Assembly (NCBI RefSeq): GCF_006345805.1
Contig: NC_042998.1
Coordinates: 161,944,001-162,008,000, forward strand
From: Octopus sinensis
Lineage: Eukaryota
DNA length: 64,000 bases
Direction of reading: 5' to 3'
Part shown: positions 52,191 through 64,000 of the stretch, in pieces
Layout of the letters: each line of letters starts with the position of its first letter
Numbering within the stretch: position 1 is the stretch's first letter
The notes under the pieces: generated by a model
What the model was told of the DNA's origin: nothing
Databases searched by the model: none
Seen by the model: only the letters and a program-made list of their open reading frames with translations
Made by a program: the position numbers and the translations under genes

Positions 52191-55148
52191 ATTCAAATGC
52201 TATCATTTAACCCTGTGTTCCACTGTGAAAAATTAATTATTTCATGTCCCAAAGTTTCCCAATTCTTATGACACTATTCTGTAATTTTATCAGTTCAACT
52301 TATTAGACGGTGGCCATGCTGGGGCAGCACCTTCAAAAGTATAGTCAGAAGCATTTGACTGAAACATTTTCTTGACTCTGAAAACTGGAAGGGCAATATT
52401 TGACTAGAGCATGATTTGATATCAGAATGTCAACGAACCTAATTAAGTGCAATAAATAATTTCACTAAACAAAAGCACCCTGTACGCTCTGTAAAGTGGT
52501 TGGTGGGAATAACATTCCAGTGTACTTATCTTTAAAAGCGTGGCTCCTTTTGCCAAACTCCTAAAGTTATGGGGGGCATAAACAAACTAACACCTGTCAC
52601 CAAGTGGTGGTGGAGGAAATGCACGAAGACTGGATACACAAACACACATACATATATACATACATATATACACAGATAGTCACATGCATGAACACATACA
52701 CACATGTATACATACACACACATGAAGGGCTTCCATCTACCAAATTCATTCACAAAGCATTGGTCAGCCTGGAGCTATAATAGAAAACTCTTGCCCAAAG
52801 TGCTACACAATGGGAATGAACCTAAAGCTATATGATTGCAAAACAAGAACTCAAATAGATGTGATGGTCATAACTGGAACGTCTTTCATAATCTAATGAT
52901 TGTAGGTGTCTAATTTTGCCTTCCATGAATTACTCCTCACCTCAATAAATACATAGATATGATATTTCACTTAGAACTATTTATAACAACACACATACAC
53001 ACACACACACACACTTGAAACTTATGCAATCACATATGCACATTTGGAATATGTGTATGTGTGTGTGTGTGAGAGAGAGAGAGGAGGGGAGAGAGAGAGA
53101 GGAAGAGAGATATTATGAATACACATTCAAAAAGATATTTTCCAGATCTAATGTTTCCAAACAAACCGATTCTTTACCAAGGTTACCAATTCTCGCTAAT
53201 GAACTTCACTTCGAAACTGTAATTAATTGGTTATCTGAATGGAACTCCCTGAACAAAAATGAATAAATAAATGAATAAATAAATAAATAAAATAAAATAA
53301 ATAAGTAGAAATAAACATAAACATAAAAATAAGAAATCTAAAAAAATCAAACATATAAAATAAAAATATAAAAACAACAAATATAATAATACAAAATAAT
53401 TAACAAAGTAACAAAACAAAAATTATAACAAAGAAAATAAAACAAATTAGTAGAGCCATAGAGTGAGTGAGGAGTTGTTGTTGTTGGTGGTGGTGGCAGT
53501 GGTGGAGGGTTAAAGCTAGGGGAGATGGCATGCGAGGTTTTCAGGATCACAGATTCAACCACCTAAAACAAGAACCTTTCCAATTTACAAAACCACTTAA
53601 CCTTTTCTCTTTTTCAACTCTTGACTTCTTCACATTGTTAGCTTCCTGTATTCTTCCTCTATTATAAATTCTAGTTCTAAGTATGCTTGTTTGTTTGTTT
53701 TTTGTATGTGTGTATTTTGGTTTGCATTTTTACATTTTTTTTTTCAAAATAATTTTTTGAAATTATATTTTTAATTATTATATTCTCTCCACTTCATCCT
53801 CCTTTTTCTTTTTCTTGATCTCTCTTCTTCTTCTTGATCTCCTTTCTTCTTTTTCTTCTTCTTCTTGATCTCTCTTCTTCTTTCTTCTTCCTCATCCATT
53901 TTCATCCTTCTTCTTCCTCTTCTTTATTAATTCCATTAAAGACTCTTATGATGATGCTGATGAACATGCTGCTGCTGCTAACAATAGTGTTGGTCATGAC
54001 ATGATGATGATGATGATGATGGTGATACCGTTTTTGTTCTATACTGTCTTTGCTTCTCTTATTTATCCTAGACATTTTCTTCATTATTTTCCATGCAATT
54101 TATCATCATCATTATTATTATCATCATAATTTAACGTTCTTCTTTGCTGCTTTTGTTTCTTGGTAGCATTATTGGTCACTTAATTAACACCTAATGCTAC
54201 TCCCATTTTCTATCTGTTTTCTTTTTTTCCTTCTGCTTTCTTTCCAAACTCATTAAGCCTCAGGTGGCCTATATGCTTTCCGAAGTAAGGACTGTTCACT
54301 GATTTGTTGTTTTCCCCACACTCAGTCTCTTTTCTTCTTTTTCTCTCCCCGCTGTTCACATATATAAACACCTCTCTCTCTCTCTCTCTTTGACTTTCCT
54401 TGTCTTTTTTAAATATAGACTAATTTCTCATACCCTTTTTTTTTCTTACATAAACTCTCACATGCTTTTCCACTTCTCTCTAACTTTCATACATAAAACC
54501 CTTCCCTCTCTCTGTCTAATTCTTCCTGTCTTTCACATATGAACCTCATCTCTCTCCCTCTTCCCCCCTCTCTCTCTGTCAATATACATGTTTGAATGTA
54601 TTTATGTGTATATACACACATAAATACACACAAACACACACACTCATACAGTATTTCATCATGGTCACTATCCAATGACTCAAAGAATTAAAAGTTAAAG
54701 ATAAGGAACAGTTAGATAGATATTTAATATGGAAATATAAATATATAATATATTGAGAGAGAGGGTGAAGAAGAAGGAGAAATGCTTGGAGAGAGAGGAA
54801 GGTAGTGATATTTATATATCATGTGGCACCTTGGGCAACCGTCTTCTACTATAGCCTTGGGATGACCAAAGCCTTGTGAGTGGATTTGGTAGACGGAAAC
54901 TGAAAGAAGCCAGTCATTTATATATATGTTTGTGTGTCTGTGCTTGTCCCCCAACTTTTGCTTGACAACCGATGTTGGTGTGTTTATGTCCCTGTAACTT
55001 GGTGGTTTGGCAGATGGGACTGAAAGAATAAGTGGTGAGTTTACAAAAGAATGAATCCTGGGGTCGATTTGTTCAACTAAAGGCAACGCTCCACCATGGC
55101 CACAGTCAAATCACACAAGCAAATAAAAGAATAAAAGAATATATATAT

Positions 55149-55474
55149 ATGAATAAAGAACATCAGATGGATAATGCACCAATTCACTATAGTTGTTTCC
55201 AATGAATTTTTAATTAATTGGTTAATGGAGACTTTACATCCTTAGAAAAAACCATTTTCATCAGGTGAATGCATGAACCAGCAAGGGTCATAAAATCCTG
55301 AAGATGCACATCTCATTGGTTTTTGAATGTTTTTGATTGTTGTGGTTCATGTATTCAGCTGATGAAAACGATTTTTTCTAATGATGTAACGTCTCCATTA
55401 ATCAATTAATTAAAAATTTGTTGGAAACAGCTGTAGTGAATTGACACGTTATCCATCTATTGTTGTTTATTCAT
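55149..55474. repeat. Fold-back element (~130-bp arms, 62-nt spacer), each arm with a hammerhead
   Basis: Left 55149-55280 mirrors 55343-55474. Confidence 0.85.
55353..55441 (+). ncRNA. Type I hammerhead ribozyme with long stem II, slightly decayed
   Basis: attcag-CTGATGA(55359-65)-A-aacga..ttgtt-G-GAAAC-AGCT-GTA|gtgaat; G.G mismatch at the base of stem I, where the mirror arm has C. Confidence 0.65.
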
Positions 55475-55580
55475 TTATTCTTCACCTTTCTTGGAACCTG
55501 CTCTTGCATAGATCCAAAATATATTCTGGGCCATACACTTAGTACAATGGGCGTTTCTTGATTGGCCTAAATATATATAT

Positions 55581-55670
<90 letters not shown>

Positions 55671-56511
55671 ATATATTTAGAAGGTTGTTTGTTATGTACC
55701 TATAAAATGCTTAGCTGTATAGGTGACTCATCAGACTCAAATGGCTGGAGGCACATAATCTCTCTAAAACTAGTGGGAGGAAAATGTCATGGTCAGTTAA
55801 GTTTCTAAGCAAAAAAATTTTTAGAATGAATCTCTCTACTGGCAAAACTTGACTGGAGCAGAGTTACTCCCTTACATCAGTTCTGGTTATTTTTATGACA
55901 CTCTTGCTTAAGATTTCTGACGGTGGCACCATTTACTTAGTCAGCAAATGGGGAACTCTACATTTCCAACATGAATTTCCTCTGATGAAGGAACTGACTA
56001 AAATTTCTTTTTTTGGAATCTAAAAACTCCCTGGTCAATTGAGTTTGTCAAGAATTTTTCTCTTTGGGCCAAGCAAACCTTATATCATTTGTTCCATTTG
56101 AGGTACTACCCCAGTTGCTCTAGGAGCCACCATTTAATTATGTATGGTGTACCCTCCTCTTTTAAATGACATACTTAGCTGGTCAGTTATATGCCGCTGT
56201 TTTCTGGTAACCATAAGGTGGACCTCTGATTGCTAAAACGATGCTTGAACAGTCCACCTGTAGATACAACAAATTTCTGTATTCATGCCCTTGTGCTGGT
56301 TTGTATTACAGCTATTGTTGTTGCTGTTACTGTTGATGCTGTTATCTCTGCCTGATCCATTTCTGGAAGTGCTGCTGCTATCATTGCTGGACATGATGCT
56401 AGCCAGCTACGTATGGTGTTTAAAAGAGGAAGAGTTTTTTCATACTGGCATGGGTGTTTGTACACACATATACATATATACAAATATATACTTGCATGTG
56501 TATGTATGCAT

Positions 56512-56543
<32 letters not shown>

Positions 56544-56575
56544 CGTGTGTGTGTGTGTGTAAATGTATATATGTA

Positions 56576-56627
<52 letters not shown>

Positions 56628-56993
56628 TACATACACAAATCATCACTCCCCTTTCTATCTCTCAGCCATTTTTCTTTTCTACCTATATCTTACTCATTCT
56701 ACCAATCAATCCAACTGCCAACCAGCCAACCAACAATTCATCTATCTATCCATAAACCCATCCATTTCTATTGTTTAATTTGCCATCTGTTTTAAATCCC
56801 TCTTCATCCTGTACTCTACATGTAAACATTTAGGTTTTTCATTCTTTATAGTTCTCTGCTACACTCTTTCATTATATCACTCTACTGAATATATATATAT
56901 ATACATACATGTGTGTGATATCTCATTCTCTAACCAAAACCTATTGATCTGCTATAAGTCATTTAATTATTGTTCTTTCATTCTTTCACATCG

Positions 56994-57046
<53 letters not shown>

Positions 57047-57117
57047 ATATGATAGATAGGTAGATTAGATAGATAGAAAGATAGATAGACACCTCTATGT
57101 ACATATACACATTCATG

Positions 57118-57177
<60 letters not shown>

Positions 57178-57347
57178 AGTATAGCAAGAGAGGGACTATT
57201 GTAAGTAACAGTGCATGAGGAGGAGAAGATGAAGAAGCTGACAAAGAAGTTGATGATGATGATGACAGTGACAACGATGAAGATGATGATGATGACAATG
57301 CCAATGATGATGACGATGATGAAGAAAAAAGGTGGGGTGGTGGGAGG

Positions 57348-57379
<32 letters not shown>

Positions 57380-57768
57380 TCAACAAGAACATCAGTGTGT
57401 GTTTGACGCCATGTTATTAAATTGAGCAAGTTGTCGTAAAAGTTCTGTTCAGCCAGTCTGCCAGTGATTTGTAGAAATACGCTTGCTCCATTGTCAGATA
57501 AAATATCTTCAAAGCTAAATTACATGTTTGCTCCTTATGTTCAATGAATTTCTCAAAGTTGGGGATATAATTTGATTCTTGCTATTGATAAATGAAAACT
57601 CCTTCCGATTCAGCGAAATTATACATTGCTTTGCTAATGTTGAAAAAAAAAAATCTAATGTTCTTCACTAAATGTTTTCTTTTGAGAAACCAATTCAACG
57701 AATTGATTTTGAATTACAAGTGCCTCCTCTCATTTTTCCTCTTTTTCCTAATATATTTTGTCTCCCCC

Positions 57769-57826
<58 letters not shown>

Positions 57827-59017
57827 ATGCATATCTCACTATCAGTTTCTATGTGTGTATATATCTCACTATCAATTTCTATGTATGTATATATCTCACT
57901 ATCAATATATGTATATCGCACTATCAATTTCTATATTTCTCTCTAATTTGATCTGATTCTCTCTATCTCTATCTGTCCTTCTTTTCTCACTCTATCTCAT
58001 CTTTCACTACCTCAGATTTTTTCTCTATCTTTCTAACTATATTCATCTCTAGTTTTTCTTTCTCTAACTTCTTTCACTATATTCCTTCTATCTATATCTC
58101 TCGCTTTTCCTACTTTGATCTGACCCTCTTTCAAATTTGATCGTATTCTCTCTTTCTCACTACTTTGATCTTCCTTTCTTTCCTCTCTCTCTCTCTAGTC
58201 TAATCTCAGTCTCTCTGCTGCAACTTCTTTGCAACTTCTTTCACTCCCTTTTTTCTTCAATCTCTCTCAATTTTTCTCTCTTTACTCTCTCTCTCTCTCT
58301 TTCTTCAAGCAATTTCTTCTCTAATTTTTTGATCTGTTCCTTGTCTTCACCACTCCTATATCTCCTTTACATTCTTTTTCTTCGTCTATCTCTTGTTTTC
58401 CTCTGACTTCTCACTATTTATACTAAAAACATGATGTGATTGGAGAATTTCCTCACAATGTTTTCTGGAAATTAGGGATAACATTTCAATAAAATATATT
58501 GATGTTTTGTCACAGTTTTAAAGATGGCAAATCTGTTTTATTTTATTTTTGATAGTTTTTGTGTCTGTGCGTAAGCATGTATACATATACAAACACACAT
58601 ATTAAATATATAGTCTCTAAATATATATGTATTTATGAGTGTGCATACACACGCACATAACAATAGAAACAAATGAAGAGTTTATACATTGTCATGACAA
58701 TTGTTTCATTAAGAGATTTTAGTGCATTGTAACATTGTACAGGCAGGTATGTTATAACATACAACATTAATATGATATCGCAAGACACAATAGAGATCTC
58801 TCAAATCATGCAGCACCATGTTGCATAAGAGCAAATATCAATGAGCTTTAATTTGATATATTCTAATCTTAATTGATTCTCTTTAATCTATCTATCAAGC
58901 TGTTTGTCACTGTATTTGTATATATATATATTATATTTTGTGAAATTTGATTTAGTATTTCTAAATTGAATTTTTCCCTGTAAGTTTGGAATAATATTCC
59001 CTCATATTATAATATAT

Positions 59018-59065
<48 letters not shown>

Positions 59066-59070
<5 letters not shown>

Positions 59071-59473
59071 TATAATTATGAGTATAATTATAATTAGAGT
59101 TCAGCAAAAATTTGCTTCACCACATACCAAAATTTAGAAATAGCAGTTAAAACTAACTATTTCACTACCATAAGAAAATCTCCCAGACAGCAAATACTCA
59201 ACAACCCACGTGGTTAAGAGAAAAAAAACGAATCAACCCAGCTTTGATTAACTGTATACGCGTTTCAGAGTTAGAGAGATATACAGTTAATCAAAGCTGG
59301 GTGGATTCGTTATTTTTTCTCTTTACCTGCATGGGTCGTTGAGTATTGGTGTCTGGGAGATTTTGTTATGGTAGAGAAATAGCTAGTTTTAACTGCTATT
59401 TCTAAATTTCGGTATGTGTGAATCAAATTTTTGCTGAATCCTAATCATAATTATACTCATAATTCTAAAAATT
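59066..59473. repeat. Fold-back element (~190-bp arms, 21-nt spacer)
   Basis: Arms end actgtata (59251-58)/tatacagt (59280-87); minus strand across the centre reads GAAACGCGTA|tacag. Confidence 0.9.
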
Positions 59474-59567
59474 TTATGTATAAGTTTACCCATAATGGTT
59501 CTTTTAACATACTGAACTACTTGGTAAAATTATTGATTATTAATTAATTAATTTTACTCCTTATAAC

Positions 59568-59599
<32 letters not shown>

Positions 59600-62101
59600 A
59601 TTTGTAAAACTTCTTTGGTAACAGTATTTCATAATCAGTTTATTCTTTTATTTCTTAAATTCAACAAGTTGACAGAAATGTAAAGGTAAAATTTTTCACT
59701 GGTCTTTAAGCAGCAGAATTCAATTCCTCCATAATTTTTGCAAATTTTGTTGCTGACTTCAATATTTTCAAATTAATGGTGCCTTCAATTTTTAGTTTGT
59801 TGTGAGAGTTGATGTTTCAAGTCTAAAAGCATCTGTGTTCAATATGCATCTACTTTTAGGTTTATACCTGAATATATGAATTTACTTTGGCTTCCTAACT
59901 TCATTCTTTTCTAATAATTGCATTTGTTTACTCAAAGAATTAAAATTTTTAAAAAGGTAATTTCATTACAAAAAACATACAGAAAAATAAATATACAACT
60001 GAAAAAGATTAATTAAATGTAAAATTTGTAATTAATAAAACTCATTAATGTTCCACAAAACCAATCTCAAATTTAAAGACCACAGAAGTAACTTTCTAGC
60101 TGATCTGCAAGTGTAATCTCAACTCCAGCAGAGAGCAAACTAACTGTGGATATATCTTAGATATAATTATTATAAAAATTAGTCAATCTTAAGGCCCCAG
60201 TATGGCCACAGTCCAATAAGTTGAAATAAAAAATATCATTAACAAATTATATATTTACTAAGTTTGACTGCAAAATTTTACTGCTCCATCTCTAAGTTTT
60301 TGCTTTTTAATACATTAAAGTTTGGCAAGAATTTTACCCTCATTAATATTTTTTAGATTAGAACTGTCTTTTTTATTGCAGAGTTTAGTGACAAACTATC
60401 TGATGCAGCTGTGACTTACATTCATCAGCTACTGGGATGATATCTCCCTGGAGGAAATTTAACCTCTGGGACCTTACCTTTGAAGATAAATGCCTGTTAA
60501 TTTCCCTCTGTATAAATGGTCTTTCATTAAATAGACTTAAGAAAGAAAATGTTCAAATATTTTAGCTCAAGAAATGCAGTTATTACCAGTAACAAGTCAA
60601 TTTGTTTTTCTTTTAGATAGTATACACTAGTAACTGTTGCTCTTATAGAAAACTAAATGGAAAACTGGTATATATTAATAAGTTATGCTGTCATTTTCCT
60701 TGCCATTAATGAATTTAGCAAGCATTAACCATTGTATCACAAATAAACAATGTTACTTAGGTTTAGTGGCACATGACATGAGTCGATATACACAGTCCAC
60801 ATATTTTTTTAAGGTACTTGGATAAAAGAAATATTACCTTCCTCTCTCAACATGTGCAGAAACTAATGCAAAATATTGTGTTCCTTAGTAGTATTTGACA
60901 AGCCATTCTCTGGAAGAACTGGATAATGCTACTTCAGCACCAGTGATAAAATTCTACATTTTGTCTCATCAATTTCTTGATTTTTAGAAGTAAGCTAATT
61001 TCTACATGTTATCACCAAAACAAATTTATCTTACCTACAGGCTGAATAGACTACAATTTTATATGTGTGTACATGTCTCTGTGTGTGTATATGTGTGTGT
61101 ATATATGCACAGAGAGAAAGAGATTTAATTGTAAATAACAGTGTATATATGATGGAGGAGAAAGAGAAGTAGTAGTTGTAGGAGGAGAAGGAGTAGTTGA
61201 TGGTGATGACAAGCTTCGATCGCTTTTGGAAGTCCTATAAATATCCTTTCCTATCCTGTGCATATTTGGAGTTCTCCTGCCTAACAAGTATTTTGTCAAA
61301 GGTTACCTAGTAATTAAGTATTGTTCAAAAGGTCTCACTAAGAGACTAAAATCTATTAATAAACTGTTTTGTCTTCTCTGGTCTCTTTCTCAAGAATTTG
61401 ACTACTGTATTTTGCACACCCTTTCACACATTTCCAGTTTATTATATCTATATTTGTTTAAGCACAAATCAGCTTTTACCCTTGTATTGTCAATAGATCT
61501 GTGTCTTCTCATCTCCATTATTTCTTTTCTTTCCATTTTCTCCCTTTCCTTATTTATATCACAGTGACTTTCTATCTCTTCATACAATCTGCAAACTCAA
61601 CTACATCCTCACCTAGCTTCTCTTTGATTCTTTCTCTTTCCGTTCATAATTGTTGTTGTTTTTGATCAAAGTGTTTCACAGGAGAATGAGAACATTTAGA
61701 CAAATGGTTTCTCCTTTATCCAAAATTGGAAAATGAACTTGAATTTACCAAAGATCCATATATACCATTTACCATTATTTTTATTTTGTTGTATTAAAAT
61801 TTCTATTTTTATCCTAAGCTACAATCAACTGTTTTTTCTGTCAATATATATCTCTCACAAGGGGTAAGCTGGCAGAAATGTTAGCATACCAGGCGAAATG
61901 CTTAGTGGTATTTTGCCTGTCTTTATGTTCTGAGTTCAAATTCCACCGAGGTCGACTTTGCCTTTCATCTTTTCAGGGTCGATAAATTAAGTACCATTTG
62001 TGTACTGGGGGTCGATCTAATTGGCCAAGTATCTTCTACTATAGCTTCAGGCCGACTAAAGCCTTGTGAGTGGAATTAGTAGATGGAAACTGAAAGAAGC
62101 C

Positions 62102-62145
<44 letters not shown>

Positions 62146-63235
62146 TTATGTGTCTTTGTGTCTGTTTTTGTCCTCCTCACCATTGTATGACAACTGATGC
62201 TGGTTGTTTATGTCCCTGTAACTTAGCAGTTCAGCAAAAGTGACTAATAGAATAGGTACAAGGCTTACAAAGAATAAGTCCTGGGGGCAATTTGTTTGAC
62301 TAAAACCCTTCTAGGTGGGGCTCCAGCATGGCTGCAAACAAGTGACAAACGTATATAAAAGAAGATAAAAAAATTAAAAATATATACATTCCTCTCTAAC
62401 ACATCCCTAACAATAAACCTTTCTACTTCTCACTCCTAGTATTCAAGAAGCAGTGAATTCATATTCAGTTAGTTCCCCACTTCCTCACTCCAGTTATTTA
62501 TGTACTCACAAGGTTTACTCTTGCTTATTCTTTTTCACACTCCCTTCTAATAAAAGCAAACTTTCTCCATAAAGCAAATTGTATCCACTAATATCAGTAG
62601 CTCAGTGATAGATTTGCTTCTTAGCATTTCTTTGATATTCTGTCATCACTCTCCCTTGTGTTTTAGGAACAAGACAACCTCCTAGCACAGGAGAACAAAC
62701 ATGAAGACAATGTAAGATAGAAAGGATTCTGCTGGTGCCATGATAAAAATGTGTCCTGTCCATTCTGTAAAATGGTTGAATTTAGGAAGACCTTTAAGCA
62801 ATAGAAACTTTACAAATATGGAATGTATGAGTTAGACATGGTGAACTCTCTAGAGACAAATAACTCCAAGTAGTAACAGAAAACAATTTCAGCACCATGT
62901 TAAATGTTTATGGGAAGAGTGAGTATGATTGAGTCAGGAATGTCATTGCAGAGGTTTCAAATTTTGGCACAAGGCCAGCAAGTTCAGGGGAGGATGTGAG
63001 TCAGTTACACCGATTGCTGTGTTCAACCGGTACTTATTTTATTGACCCTGAAAGGATAAAAGGCAAAGTTGACCTTGATGGAATTTGAATTCAGAGAGTA
63101 AGCATGGACAAAATGCTGCTAAGCATTTTGCCTAGCATACTAACGAGTCTGCCTGATACGTAAAGATTTCGTAAAGATTTTCTGTAGTGCAGCAACCATA
63201 TTTTGCAATATTAATTTCCTTGATAAAGACCACAT

Positions 63236-63605
63236 CATGCAGCCAAGCAAAGAATATATTCATCCCATTGTGATGCTTGAGTTTCATTGAGATTCTAATG
63301 CAAGCAATATAATCAAAAATATGCAAAATACTTATGGTTAAGATGCAGTGAATAAAAGAACTTGCTGTGAAGATAGTTTGAAAAATTCAGACATGACTGT
63401 TTCAATTTGCTTGATGTGCATGGATGAGGGTATCCTTCCTTCCAAATTAGATGATAAAATGCTAGAAGTAATACTTGCAAGGAATCCTGCTGCAACAGTG
63501 AGTATGCTTTTCACTGAATGTTGCTAGCATTATGACCGTTCACAATCATTTGAAGAAGCTAGAAAAAGCTTCAAAATAAGGAAAACAGGTTTCTCATTTC
63601 TCATG
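63236..63605 (+). pseudogene. mariner transposase N-terminal remnant
   Basis: MQPSKEYIHPIVMLEFH..NTYG.DAVNKRTC..FEKFR..LDDKML..NP..TVHNHLKKL, with stops and frameshifts. Confidence 0.75.
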
Positions 63606-63629
63606 CTCCTTCAACAGCAAATCATCAGC

Positions 63630-63862
63630 TAAGTTAACTGGCACTCCATCGATTACAACAACAAGGGTTTCAGCTGAGCTAATCAATGGAACAGCCTGCT
63701 CATAAAATTAACATGCAAGTGGCTGAGTACTCCACAGTCATGCATGCCCTTAATATAGTTTGCGGGAAGATTCAGTGTAACACAGAATGCGATAAGGCCG
63801 GTCCTTTAAAATATAGGTGCTACTCATTTTTACTAGCTGAGTGGACTGGAGCAATGTGAAAT
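63630..63862 (-). mobile_element. SINE body resembling the Nin/Deu domain, 5' head missing
   Basis: Minus strand ..ctgtggagtactcagccacttgcatgttaatttt..agcaggctgttcc..; Nin resemblance from memory only. Confidence 0.5.
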
Positions 63863-64000
63863 TGTTGTGGCAGACACCCCCAAGTGAGAAGTGGGCTGTT
63901 CCACAACTGATAAATAGTGGACACACAGCAAACAGTGTCAGTTGGTAGTGTACACCGTATGGGTCACTCAAGCAGTGGATGAAATGCAAAAACTGTAATC

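Noticed and set aside
55695-55990. Two further CTGATGA boxes (minus 55728-34 with an acctata/tataggt hairpin; plus 55982-88)
   Set aside because: GAAAC and the cleavage triplet are missing; at best heavily decayed HHRs
57830-57930. ~30-bp tandem repeat (atatctcactatcaatttctat..), CRISPR-like at first glance
   Set aside because: Eukaryotic minisatellite; units are contiguous with no unique spacers and no cas genes

Overview
AT-rich, microsatellite-dense animal genomic DNA. The SINE and RTE families and the repeat density point to a coleoid cephalopod, most likely Octopus (inference from recalled repeat consensus sequences, no search run). No intact host protein-coding gene is recognisable; almost all listed ORFs come from (TA)n, (CA)n or triplet repeats. 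The window is a mosaic of tRNA-derived SINEs (at least four families), 5'-truncated RTE and CR1 LINE ends, decayed mariner and maT (DD37D) transposons, hAT-type MITEs, a non-autonomous Helitron and a tRNA-Asp pseudogene. The standout signal is a hammerhead-ribozyme (HHR)/Penelope-like element (PLE) system. (1) A near-identical ~563-bp non-coding monomer carries a complete type I HHR and is arranged as a tandem plus mirror-image array at 3361-5308, with four ribozyme copies (two per strand); it is a candidate circRNA-producing retrozyme or pseudo-LTR (pLTR) array. (2) A Penelope GIY-YIG endonuclease remnant is followed by a downstream unit that combines a tRNA-like Pol III cassette, (AAT)n and an HHR; the same unit occurs solo as a fold-back at 27.8-28.1 kb. 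(3) Several unrelated 230-650 bp fold-back elements carry whole or half HHR motifs in their arms, and several share an unusual extra A at the base of stem II. Ribozyme activity and RNA products are predictions only.
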